Part shown: in pieces, positions 22,570 through 32,204 of the stretch
Numbering within the stretch: position 1 is the first letter of the stretch
Layout: every line of letters begins with the position of its first letter
Assembly (NCBI GenBank): GCA_964384805.1
Contig: CAYLLO010000001.1
Location: 5,623 to 69,622 of the forward strand
Source: an uncultured Staphylococcaceae bacterium
GTDB taxonomy: Bacteria > Bacillota_I > Bacilli_A > ML615J-28 > CAG-313
Reading direction: 5' to 3'
Length of the DNA stretch: 64,000 nucleotides
Translations under genes and position numbers: made by a program
The notes under the pieces: generated by a model
What the model was told of the DNA's origin: nothing
The model's database searches: none
The model's input: only the letters and a program-made list of their open reading frames with translations

Positions 22570-22750
22570 ATTTTACCTCCTTTTTAAATTAAATTTAAAC
22601 TAAGACACGCCATTGAGGTGCGGAAAACAGCTTAAAACCTCTTTTGTGCGGTTGCTAGAAATCGCAACATATGTATTATACCATTAAAGTCTTTTTTTTG
22701 CAAATTATATATAAATATTTTTTTAGAGTCCGTAAATCTATTTAATTGAG
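22570..22750 (-). promoter_or_regulatory. probable L21 leader (ribosomal-protein leader RNA) upstream of rplU
   Basis: GC-enriched structured approx. 180-nt 5' UTR between the ppdK terminator and the rplU start; position typical of the Firmicute L21 leader. Confidence 0.35.
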
Positions 22751-22754
22751 ATAA

Positions 22755-22790
22755 ACTAAAAAGGATAAGATTTTAATCTTACCCTTAATG
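22755..22790 (-). terminator. rho-independent terminator after ppdK
   Basis: Stem aagggtaaga/tcttatcctt followed by T-run on minus strand. Confidence 0.55.
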
Positions 22791-22798
22791 TATGAAAA

Positions 22799-25426
22799 TT
22801 AGTTTCTAGGATTCTTAATATTAGCTTGTGCAGCAGCTAAACGTGCAATTGGAACACGGAATGGTGAACAAGAAACGTAAGTTAATCCTAATTTATGACA
22901 GAATTCCACAGATGATGGATCTCCTCCATGTTCTCCACAAATACCAAGTTTGATATTAGGTCTTGTTTCTTTACCTAATTCAACAGCCATTTTCATTAAT
23001 TTACCAACACCTATTTGGTCAACTTTTGCGAATGGATCGTTTTCATATATTTTAGTATCATAGTAAGAATTTAAGAATTTACCTGCATCATCTCTTGAAA
23101 ATCCAAAAGTCATTTGTGTTAAATCATTAGTACCAAATGAGAAGAATTCAGCTTCTTTGGCGATTTCATCAGCTGTTAGAGCAGCTCTTGGAATTTCAAT
23201 CATAGTACCAACATGATATTCCAATTCTACTCCAGCATCAGCAATAACTTTATCAGCAGTAGCTGTTACAATATTTTTAACATATTTTAATTCTTTAATT
23301 TCTCCAACAAGGGGGATCATAATTTCAGGAACAATTTTAATATTTTTTCTCTTTGATACTGCAATAGCGGCTTTAATAACTGCTCTTGTTTGCATAGCAG
23401 CAATTTCTGGATAAGTTACTGCTAAACGACATCCACGATGTCCCATCATTGGATTAAATTCATGTAAACTATCTATAATAGATTTTATTTGTTCTACCGT
23501 TTTACCTTTTGTTTTAGCTAATAATTCAATATCCTTTTCTTCAGTAGGAACGAATTCATGTAGAGGTGGATCTAAATAGCGAATTGTTACTCCGTATCCT
23601 TCCATTGCTTCATAAAGTTTTTCAAAGTCTCCTTGTTGCATTGGTTCAATTTTGGCTAAAGCAGCTTCTCTTTCTTCAACAGTATCAGAGCAAATCATTT
23701 CTCTAATTGCGGCAATTCTATCTGCTTCAAAGAACATATGTTCAGTACGGCATAGACCAATACCTTCAGCACCTAATTCTCTTGCTTTTAAGGCATCTTT
23801 TGGTGTATCAGCGTTTGTTCTAACTTGTAATACGCGATATTTGTCAGCCCATCCCATAATACGTCCGAAATCTCCAGCGACTGTAGCCTCTACAGTTGGC
23901 ATAATACCATCATAAATTTTACCGGTTGAACCATCTAAAGAAATTGAATCTCCTTCATGATAAGTTTTACCACCTAAAGTAAATTGTTTATTTTCTTCGT
24001 CCATAGCAATTTCTGAACATCCAGATACACAGCAAGTACCCATACCACGAGCAACTACGGCAGCGTGAGATGTCATACCACCACGAACAGTTAAGATACC
24101 TTGAGCAGCTTTCATTCCCTCAATGTCTTCAGGAGAAGTTTCTAAACGCACAAGAACAACTTTTTCTCCTTTTTCAGCCCATACTTTGGCATCTTCCGCA
24201 GAGAACACAATTTTACCACAAGCGGCTCCAGGTGATGCAGGTAATGCTTTACCAATAGGTGTTGCTTCTTTTAATGCTTTTGCATCAAAAGTTGGATGTA
24301 ATAAAGCATCTAAATTACGAGGATCAATCATTAATACTGCTTCTTTTTCACTTCTCAAACCTTCATCTACTAAAGCACAAGCAATTTTTAATGCAGCAGC
24401 AGCAGTTCTTTTACCATTTCTAGTTTGTAACATGTATAATTTTTTGTTTTCAATTGTAAATTCCATATCTTGCATATCACGATAGTGATTTTCAAGAGTA
24501 TTACAAATTTCAACGAATTGTGCATACACTTCTGGCATTACTTCTTTTAATTGGTCAATAGGTTGAGGAGTTCTAACACCAGCAACTACATCTTCTCCTT
24601 GAGCATTCATTAAGAATTCGCCCATTAATTTTTTTTCACCTGTAGCAGGATCTCTTGTGAAGGCTACTCCAGTACCAGAAGTTTCTCCCATATTACCAAA
24701 GGCCATCATTTGTACATTGACAGCAGTTCCCCAAGAATAAGGGATGTCATTGTCACGGCGATAAACATTAGCACGAGGATTGTCCCATGATCTAAATACA
24801 GCTTTAACAGCCCCCATTAATTGTTCAATTGGATCATTTGGAAAATCAACGCCAATTTTTTCTTTATATTCAGCTTTGAATTGGTTAGCTAATTCTTTTA
24901 AATCATCAGCAGTTAAATCAACATCTTTTTCTACGCCTTTTTTTTCTTTCATTTGGTCAATTAATTGTTCAAAGTATTTTTTACCTACTTCCATTACTAC
25001 GTCTGAATACATTTGAATGAATCTTCTGTAACAGTCCCAAGCCCATCTAGGATTTCCAGATTTTGCAGCTAAAGCTTCAACAACTTCTTCATTTAAACCT
25101 AAGTTTAAGATTGTATCCATCATACCAGGCATTGAAGCACGAGCTCCTGAACGAACTGATACTAATAATGGATTTTCTTTGTCGCCGAATTTCTTTCCAG
25201 CGATTTTTTCTAATTTAGCGATATTTTCTAAAATTTCATTTTTAATGCTATCGTTAATTTTTCTTCCGTCCTCATAATATTGAGTACAAGCTTCAGTAGT
25301 AACGGTAAAACCTTGTGGAACTGGTAAACCAAGTCTAGTCATTTCTGCCAAGTTTGCACCTTTACCGCCTAAAAGTTCACGCATTTCAGCATTACCTTCG
25401 CTAAATAAATAAACAAATTTGCTCAT
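22799..25426 (-). CDS. ppdK: pyruvate, phosphate dikinase
   Basis: 875 aa; PEP-utilising-enzyme phosphohistidine domain (GGMTSHAAVVARGMG) and C-terminal PEP-binding TIM barrel. Confidence 0.95.
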   Translation of the reverse strand: MSKFVYLFSEGNAEMRELLGGKGANLAEMTRLGLPVPQGFTVTTEACTQYYEDGRKINDSIKNEILENIAKLEKIAGKKFGDKENPLLVSVRSGARASMPGMMDTILNLGLNEEVVEALAAKSGNPRWAWDCYRRFIQMYSDVVMEVGKKYFEQLIDQMKEKKGVEKDVDLTADDLKELANQFKAEYKEKIGVDFPNDPIEQLMGAVKAVFRSWDNPRANVYRRDNDIPYSWGTAVNVQMMAFGNMGETSGTGVAFTRDPATGEKKLMGEFLMNAQGEDVVAGVRTPQPIDQLKEVMPEVYAQFVEICNTLENHYRDMQDMEFTIENKKLYMLQTRNGKRTAAAALKIACALVDEGLRSEKEAVLMIDPRNLDALLHPTFDAKALKEATPIGKALPASPGAACGKIVFSAEDAKVWAEKGEKVVLVRLETSPEDIEGMKAAQGILTVRGGMTSHAAVVARGMGTCCVSGCSEIAMDEENKQFTLGGKTYHEGDSISLDGSTGKIYDGIMPTVEATVAGDFGRIMGWADKYRVLQVRTNADTPKDALKARELGAEGIGLCRTEHMFFEADRIAAIREMICSDTVEEREAALAKIEPMQQGDFEKLYEAMEGYGVTIRYLDPPLHEFVPTEEKDIELLAKTKGKTVEQIKSIIDSLHEFNPMMGHRGCRLAVTYPEIAAMQTRAVIKAAIAVSKRKNIKIVPEIMIPLVGEIKELKYVKNIVTATADKVIADAGVELEYHVGTMIEIPRAALTADEIAKEAEFFSFGTNDLTQMTFGFSRDDAGKFLNSYYDTKIYENDPFAKVDQIGVGKLMKMAVELGKETRPNIKLGICGEHGGDPSSVEFCHKLGLTYVSCSPFRVPIARLAAAQANIKNPRN

Positions 25427-25467
25427 TTAGTATTCTCCTTTTCTAATTATATTAATCGTTATAGGCA

Positions 25468-25500
25468 TAATAAAAAGCCCTAACTACCGGGCTAATTATA
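25468..25500 (-). terminator. rho-independent terminator after trxA
   Basis: Stem agccc/gggct with T-run on minus strand. Confidence 0.5.
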
Positions 25501-25556
25501 CCATTTTTTAACAACAAAAGCAAATAAAACAAAAATATTTTAAAAAGTTCAAAAAT

Positions 25557-25871
25557 TTATTTTTTTTGTCTATTAACCATTTCAGATAAAAATCGAACAT
25601 CTCGATAACCTATTGCACTATCAACGGGTTTACCATCCTTTAATAAAACTAAAGTCGGAATACTATTAATATGATATTCACCTGCTAATTCACTTTCTTC
25701 ATCTACATCAATTTTGGCTATTGTTAATTCTCCTTTTAGTTGTTCATCCAATTCTTGTAAGACAGGAGTCATCATTTTGCATGGACCACACCATGTCGCA
25801 TAAAAGTCTACTAAAACTAGACCATTTTGTGCTAATAATTCTTTAAAATCTTTTGTATTGTAATTACGCAT
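25557..25871 (-). CDS. trxA: thioredoxin
   Basis: WCGPC active site; 104 aa. Confidence 0.9.
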   Translation of the reverse strand: MRNYNTKDFKELLAQNGLVLVDFYATWCGPCKMMTPVLQELDEQLKGELTIAKIDVDEESELAGEYHINSIPTLVLLKDGKPVDSAIGYRDVRFLSEMVNRQKK

Positions 25872-25934
25872 ATAATCACCTCTTTCGGATTTATTATATC
25901 ATCAAAATAATATATGGCCAAATATTTTGCTTTA

Positions 25935-26546
25935 TCAAATTCTTTTTAAAAAAGAGTATTGTTTTAGTTTATAATGCTTATTACTCCTTTTGTTAGCAAT
26001 TGTTTTATAATACAAAAAAAATAAGATTAGGTAATAACCATATAATTTTAGAATAAATAGTATTATACTTAATATTGATAAAATAATTAATGAAAAATAA
26101 AATAAACAATCTTCTGCATATTCGTCATCAAAAATAATTGTAAGAAGATTAAATAAGATTTTATAACCATCTAATGGAGTAATTGGCAATAAATTTACAA
26201 AGATCATTAAGTAGTTATAATTTATAAATATATTATTATCAATAAAGTTAGTTTTTATAATTTTAAAAATCATAATTAATATTAAATTAACGATAATTCC
26301 ACTAGTATTTATTAACAATTTAATTAAAACATTTTTTTCATTATAATCATCTAATTCTATTAATCCACCAAACATTGTAAGATATAATTTATGACATTTA
26401 ATATTAAAAAATAGTGCTGTTAATATGTGTCCAAGTTCATGAAAAATAATTATACAGAAAAAAACAATAAGCTCACGAAAAAAACCTCCAAAAAGTCCTA
26501 AAAAAACTAATAAAACCATTGAAGGATGAAGGGTAATATTACGCAT
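25935..26546 (-). CDS. M50-family (site-2 protease) membrane metalloprotease, SpoIVFB-like
   Basis: HELGH in a TM helix plus downstream LDG motif (PITPLDGYK); shorter than SpoIVFB (no CBS domain); sits in the spoIVFA/spoIVFB position upstream of rplU. Confidence 0.5.
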   Translation of the reverse strand: MRNITLHPSMVLLVFLGLFGGFFRELIVFFCIIIFHELGHILTALFFNIKCHKLYLTMFGGLIELDDYNEKNVLIKLLINTSGIIVNLILIMIFKIIKTNFIDNNIFINYNYLMIFVNLLPITPLDGYKILFNLLTIIFDDEYAEDCLFYFSLIILSILSIILFILKLYGYYLILFFLYYKTIANKRSNKHYKLKQYSFLKRI

Positions 26547-27168
26547 TATGTAAAGTTAAAAGACTATAAACATTATTTTGATTTTTTATTTCAATTGTAA
26601 AAGTGTATTGATTATCAATAGTTTGGGCAGTACCTATGATATTATTTACTATAACATATGAATACAAAGATACATCAATATTAGTTAATCCACCATATGT
26701 ATATTCCAAATTATCTTCGCTTTTAATGGTTATGTAATATAAATTATTTGTTTTATTAATTTTTACGACTATTCCAGTAGCGGCAGCAGAGACCCCATTA
26801 AAACTTTTATTAGTGATATAATTAACTCCTTCATAATAATTAATATTTTCATAGTTAGTTGTTAAATTTACTTCGATATCATTATGATTAAATTCATACA
26901 TATTGGTGAAGATATTCAAAAGAGGAAAAATATTTAGATTATTATCCAAATGTTTAACAATATCTAATTTAAAAATGTTTTTGGTTCCAATTAATAAAAA
27001 CAAGAGAATTGAACTTAAAAAAATACGAATGTATAGTTTATCAAAATAAGTTTTTTTATTTTCAGTTTTTAAATTTTTTCTTTTTTTAATTCTATGTATT
27101 CTATTTTGTTTTTTCTTAAATGAATGATATTTTTTTAATTGTTTATAATAATTTTTCATAGCATTCAC
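26539..27168 (-). CDS. SpoIVFA-like membrane protein with degenerate M23/LytM domain
   Basis: Basic N-terminus, one TM, C-terminal M23-like beta-rich segment lacking catalytic His; overlaps downstream M50 protease gene. Confidence 0.4.
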   Translation of the reverse strand: MNAMKNYYKQLKKYHSFKKKQNRIHRIKKRKNLKTENKKTYFDKLYIRIFLSSILLFLLIGTKNIFKLDIVKHLDNNLNIFPLLNIFTNMYEFNHNDIEVNLTTNYENINYYEGVNYITNKSFNGVSAAATGIVVKINKTNNLYYITIKSEDNLEYTYGGLTNIDVSLYSYVIVNNIIGTAQTIDNQYTFTIEIKNQNNVYSLLTLHNA

Positions 27169-27209
27169 CAGTTAATTATATGTAAAAATTTTTAAAAATA
27201 TACTTAAAG

Positions 27210-27881
27210 TTAAATAATATTTGTTTCTTTAGCCATACTAAAATAACTATACCCAATAATAATATGATCAAGAAGTATTAACCCTAAAGTTTTAGCTTGT
27301 TTACACAATATTTCTGTTGCTTTTATATCAGATTTTGAGGGAGTTGGATCACCGCTTGGATGATTATGAACTAAAATAAAAGCTGATGAAGAAAGTTTAT
27401 ATGCCCATTTGAAAATATTTTTACTGTCAATAAGTGTTTGATTAATTGTACCTATAGATAATAGTTTTTTTTCAATTAATTTGCCCTTAGTATTTAAATA
27501 CAAAACATAAAGATGCTCTTCTTTGAGATGTTGAAGTTCATTTTTGAAATAATTAAAAACTTCAATAGCTTCTGAAAAAGATATTTCTTCTTTTTCTACT
27601 TGATTAATTCTTTTACCAAGTTCAATGGCTGATAAAATAGTAATAGCTTTGGTTAAACCTATTCCATCCAGTTCTTTTAATTCCGATAAAGATAAATTAT
27701 TTAATTCTTGTGGTTTAGAAACTTTAGACAAAATATTATTGGCCGTATCTAAAACTGAATATTTTTTTGATCCTGTTCTAAGGATAATTGCTAGTAATTC
27801 TGCTGTAGATAAAGTGTTAACACCTTTTTCAATTGCCCGTTCTCTAGGGCGTTCAGTTTCTGGTAATTCTTTTAATAACAT
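27210..27881 (-). CDS. radC: RadC-like JAB-domain protein (UPF0758)
   Basis: JAMM motif HNHPSGDPTPSKSD; N-terminal HhH segment; 223 aa. Confidence 0.8.
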   Translation of the reverse strand: MLLKELPETERPRERAIEKGVNTLSTAELLAIILRTGSKKYSVLDTANNILSKVSKPQELNNLSLSELKELDGIGLTKAITILSAIELGKRINQVEKEEISFSEAIEVFNYFKNELQHLKEEHLYVLYLNTKGKLIEKKLLSIGTINQTLIDSKNIFKWAYKLSSSAFILVHNHPSGDPTPSKSDIKATEILCKQAKTLGLILLDHIIIGYSYFSMAKETNII

Positions 27882-27962
27882 TTAAAATCATCCTTTCATG
27901 TTTTATAATACTAGCAAGTTATAAAAAATACTTTTTCGAAAAAATAGGAACCATGAAGGTTC

Positions 27963-29246
27963 CTATTGAATTTTGTCTAATATTTTAGGTCTTATTTCAC
28001 TAACAAAGTATAAACTTCCTATAAAAATATTTAGATCATAAGGATTTTTAAATACATCATCAATTATTTCATCAATATTATATTTTAATACTTTATTTTT
28101 ATGATGAGAAAGATTAAACAATTCTAAAGCATCACTATGTCTTTTATAAGTATAGGAAGTAATAATAATTTCATTAAAATAAGGTTCTAAATAATTAATC
28201 ATCTTTTCTTTTTCTTTATCATTACTACATGCGAAAATACAACGTTTAGTTTGGTATTTTAAGGATTTAATAAAATCAGTAGTTCTCGTAATACCATCTA
28301 TATTATGAGCACCATCAATAATGATTAAAGGAGTATGGGATAGAACTTCTAAACGTCCTAACCATTTGGTTTTAAATAACCCTTTTTTAATATTTTCTAA
28401 GGTGATTAAATATTTATCTTTAATTGTTTCAATAATCTCTATAGCAACAACCGCATTTTCAACTTGATAATCACCCATCAAGGATATTTGTAAATTTTGA
28501 TATTTTTTATATGAGAAGGTAGAACCAAAAATATCAGCTTTATGAATTTCTATGTTATTTAAAAAAGGTAGTGATAATTTAGAATTTATGCTTTGAGTAT
28601 ATTTTTGGGCTTTACTAACTAATGATTGTTCTTTGATCCCGATAACGGATGGAGTATTAGCTTTAATAATTCCCATTTTATTAGTTAAAATTTCTTCTAA
28701 TGTTTCGCCTAAAATATTCATATGATCAAAAGCAATATTAGTGATAGCAGAAGCGATAGGGTTAATAACATTAGTTGAATCCAATAATCCTCCAATTCCA
28801 ACCTCAATAATAGCGATATCTAAGTCTTTTTTTTCACTAAAATATATGAAACTCATAAGTGTTGTAAATTCAAAAAATGTAGGTTTATGATGTGTTTCAT
28901 CTATTAGTTCATAGATGTTATAAATTTTTTTAGAAAGAGATAGCACTTCTTCATTTGTTATCATATTACCATCAAAAGAAATTCGTTCATTAAACTTAAT
29001 AATATACGGAGAAGTAAAGGTTCCTATATGTAATCCTGCTTCCATTAAAATATTTTTAAGGTAACTTACAACAGAACCTTTTCCATTAGTCCCAGTAATA
29101 TGAATTGAAGTAAATTTTTTCTCAGGGTTACCTAACAATTGGCAGAAGTATTTCATATTATCAAGAGATACTTTGGGACTAAATCTTTTTTGTGATTCAA
29201 TCCAAGTAACACATGATGCATAATCATTAAATGGATAATTAGGCAT
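27963..29246 (-). CDS. folC: folylpolyglutamate synthase / dihydrofolate synthase
   Basis: Mur-ligase-family P-loop TGTNGKGS; 427 aa; valS-folC order. Confidence 0.85.
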   Translation of the reverse strand: MPNYPFNDYASCVTWIESQKRFSPKVSLDNMKYFCQLLGNPEKKFTSIHITGTNGKGSVVSYLKNILMEAGLHIGTFTSPYIIKFNERISFDGNMITNEEVLSLSKKIYNIYELIDETHHKPTFFEFTTLMSFIYFSEKKDLDIAIIEVGIGGLLDSTNVINPIASAITNIAFDHMNILGETLEEILTNKMGIIKANTPSVIGIKEQSLVSKAQKYTQSINSKLSLPFLNNIEIHKADIFGSTFSYKKYQNLQISLMGDYQVENAVVAIEIIETIKDKYLITLENIKKGLFKTKWLGRLEVLSHTPLIIIDGAHNIDGITRTTDFIKSLKYQTKRCIFACSNDKEKEKMINYLEPYFNEIIITSYTYKRHSDALELFNLSHHKNKVLKYNIDEIIDDVFKNPYDLNIFIGSLYFVSEIRPKILDKIQ

Positions 29247-31869
29247 TTTCTGTCATCTCTAAATCTTTTAATAGTTTTTCAACTTCTTTTAATTGATTTT
29301 GATATTCAGTAAGTTTAGCTTTTTCAACTTCTACTTTTTGTGTAGGAGCTTTTGTGATAAATGATTGATTATTTAACATATTAACTGAACGTTTAACTTC
29401 GTTATTTAATCTTTCTAATTCTTTAGTTAATCTTGCTTTTTCTTCTTCAAAATTAATTAATTCTTTTAATGGAACTACTATATTCACATCATTAACAACC
29501 ATAACTGTTGCATGAGCATGGTTAATTTGAGTATTAATTGATAAATTTTCATAATTTAAGAAACGTTTTAAAAAGTCTTGATGGTTATTTAAAAATGATT
29601 TATATGCTTCTGATGATGTTTCTATACCAATAGAAATTTTTTTACTTGGTGCGACATTTTTTTCTGCTCTGATGTTACGAACTGCTGTAATAATGTTTAA
29701 TAATTTTTCAACATCTTTGATTAAAGATGACTCAATAGTAATATTTAAAGGATTTGGCCAATCTGATACCATAATAGAACCATCATTGAAGTTTTGATAG
29801 ATTTCTTCAGTAACAAAAGGCATAAATGGATGTAATAGTTTTAAAATATCAATTAATACATGTTTTAAAACCGCACAAGTGTTGATATTATATTGAGGAT
29901 TATTTAAAGAAACTTTAGTTAATTCAATATACCAAGAAGCAAAATCATTCCATGTAAAATTATAGATTAATCTCGCAACTTCTCCTAATTCATAATCTTC
30001 ATATAATTTATCAACAGTTTGAATTAAAATACTTTCTTTATTTAAAATCCATTTATCAATTGAAGTTAAATTATCATAATTAATTTCTTCATTTTGATAG
30101 TTATTATTTTTTAAGTTGATAGAAATGAATCTTGAAATATTCCATATTTTATTAATATAGTTCCAAGATGAAGCCATTTTTTCTTTTGAATAAGTTAAAT
30201 CTTGACCTGGAGTAGCGTTAGTTGTTAAAAAATAACGCATTGAATCGCACCCATATTCTTCAATTAAGTCAAATGGATCAACGCCATTACCTAGTGATTT
30301 ACTCATTTTTCGTCCTTGCTCATCACGAATTAATCCATGAATAAAGCATTTTTTAAATGGACGCATTTTTGTAAAGTGGCGTCCTTGTAAAGCCATCCTT
30401 GATACCCAAAATGTAATGATATCATATCCAGTAACTAAACAATCAGTTGGATAATAACGATTTAATAATTCTGTAGACTCAGGCCATCCAAGAGTTGAAA
30501 ATGGCCATAAAGCACTTGAAAACCAAGTATCAAGAACATCTTCATCTTGAACCCATCCTTCACCTACAGGCGCCGATTCTCCGACATAGATTTCATCACC
30601 TTTATACCAAGCAGGAATACGATGACCCCACCATAATTGACGGCTAATACACCAATCTTGAACTTCATCTACGTCAAACCATTGAATTAAAGTTTTATTA
30701 AAACGATTTGGAACAAATTCTATTGCTTCTTCGCTTTTTTGCATTGCCACAACATCATCTGCTAAAGGCTTCATTTTAACGAACCATTGTTTTGATAAAC
30801 GAGGTTCAACTACAACACCTGTTCTTTCAGAGTGTCCTACAGAGTGAACAATTTTTTCTATTTGAGGACAAAGGCCGCTATCTGTTAAATCTTTAACAAC
30901 TGCTTTACGACATTCAAAACGATCCATACCCTTGTATTTTCCTGCTAATTCATTCATTGTACCATCTTCATTCATACAAATTAAACGTGGTAAATTGTGA
31001 CGATTTCCTACTTCAAAGTCATTAGGATCATGAGCAGGTGTTACTTTAACAACTCCTGTACCAAATTCAATTTCTACATATTCATCAGAAATAATAGGGA
31101 TTTTACGATTAGTTCCTGGAATAAATACTTCTTTACCAATATAATTTTGGTATCTTTCATCATTAGGGTGTACCATTAAGGCACTATCCCCAAACATTGT
31201 TTCAGGTCTAGTAGTCGCAATCTCTAATCCTCCATCACCATCAACAAAAGGATAAATAAAATGATAGAAAGCTCCTTCAATGTCTTTGTATTCTACTTCG
31301 ACATTGGATAATGCTGTTTTAGCTTGAATATCCCAATTAATAATTTTTTCCCCACGATATAATAACCCTTCATTATATAAACTAACAAAAACGGTTTGAA
31401 CGGCTTTTTGTAATCCTTCATCTAAAGTAAATCGTTCTTTAGTATAATCAAGAGATAAACCTAGAGCAGCCCATTGATCACGAATATAATGAGCATATTC
31501 ATGTTTCCACTCCCATGCTACATTTAAAAACTTTTCTCGACCTAAATCATATCTGCTAACTCCTTGTTCACGTAGTTTAGCATCAACTTTTGCTTGGGTA
31601 GCAATACCTGCATGATCCATACCAGGAAGCCATAAAGCATCATATCCTTGCATACGTTTACGACGAATTAAAATATCTTGTAAAGTTGTATCCCAGGCAT
31701 GTCCTAAATGTAATTTTCCTGTTACATTAGGAGGAGGAATAACAATAGTATAAGGAATTTTATTCTTATCTCCTGCTGTAAAAAAACCATTTTTTAACCA
31801 ATATTCATATTTACCTTTTTCCACTTCATGGTGATTATATTTAGCTTCTAATTCTTTTTTATTATTCAT
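29239..31869 (-). CDS. valS: valine--tRNA ligase
   Basis: HIGH (PNVTGKLHLGHAW) and KMSKS motifs; C-terminal coiled coil; 876 aa. Confidence 0.95.
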   Translation of the reverse strand: MNNKKELEAKYNHHEVEKGKYEYWLKNGFFTAGDKNKIPYTIVIPPPNVTGKLHLGHAWDTTLQDILIRRKRMQGYDALWLPGMDHAGIATQAKVDAKLREQGVSRYDLGREKFLNVAWEWKHEYAHYIRDQWAALGLSLDYTKERFTLDEGLQKAVQTVFVSLYNEGLLYRGEKIINWDIQAKTALSNVEVEYKDIEGAFYHFIYPFVDGDGGLEIATTRPETMFGDSALMVHPNDERYQNYIGKEVFIPGTNRKIPIISDEYVEIEFGTGVVKVTPAHDPNDFEVGNRHNLPRLICMNEDGTMNELAGKYKGMDRFECRKAVVKDLTDSGLCPQIEKIVHSVGHSERTGVVVEPRLSKQWFVKMKPLADDVVAMQKSEEAIEFVPNRFNKTLIQWFDVDEVQDWCISRQLWWGHRIPAWYKGDEIYVGESAPVGEGWVQDEDVLDTWFSSALWPFSTLGWPESTELLNRYYPTDCLVTGYDIITFWVSRMALQGRHFTKMRPFKKCFIHGLIRDEQGRKMSKSLGNGVDPFDLIEEYGCDSMRYFLTTNATPGQDLTYSKEKMASSWNYINKIWNISRFISINLKNNNYQNEEINYDNLTSIDKWILNKESILIQTVDKLYEDYELGEVARLIYNFTWNDFASWYIELTKVSLNNPQYNINTCAVLKHVLIDILKLLHPFMPFVTEEIYQNFNDGSIMVSDWPNPLNITIESSLIKDVEKLLNIITAVRNIRAEKNVAPSKKISIGIETSSEAYKSFLNNHQDFLKRFLNYENLSINTQINHAHATVMVVNDVNIVVPLKELINFEEEKARLTKELERLNNEVKRSVNMLNNQSFITKAPTQKVEVEKAKLTEYQNQLKEVEKLLKDLEMTENA

Positions 31870-31879
31870 AATTAATCTC

Positions 31880-32185
31880 CTTCTTAATTTAAAAAGTCCT
31901 TAAAATATAACTTTCAGTTATACTCTAAGGACGAAAATTTCGCGGTACCACCTTAGTTCAAAATCAATAGCATTAAGATACTACTAATTTTGCACTTAAT
32001 AATCATTAACGCTGATACACGGCACTTAAGTACTGCTAGTTCCCTAAGGCATCTCCAAGGCTACCTTCAATTTTCTAATTATAAGACTTTTCACCAAATT
32101 GTCTCTCTCTTTCAAAATTAGATAAACTTACTCTTCCTCTTCTTTGATTTTAATATCGTTCTCATTATATCAAAATCTTTAAAAT
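31880..32185 (-). promoter_or_regulatory. T-box riboswitch leader of valS
   Basis: Conserved T-box sequence GGTGGTACCGCG on minus strand (plus 31941-31952) overlapping a terminator hairpin GTCCTTAGAG...TTTTAAGGAC (plus 31896-31932) plus U-run. Confidence 0.7.
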
Positions 32186-32204
32186 TTAACAAGTTTTTTG
32201 TTAA

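Noticed and set aside
22799-25426. Antisense ORFs within ppdK (23652..23915, 24070..24258, 24123..24485, 24780..25016 on the plus strand)
   Set aside because: They lie opposite a highly conserved 875-aa gene. The translations are low-complexity Ser/Ala-rich with no RBS. They are an artefact of the GC-richer codon usage of ppdK.
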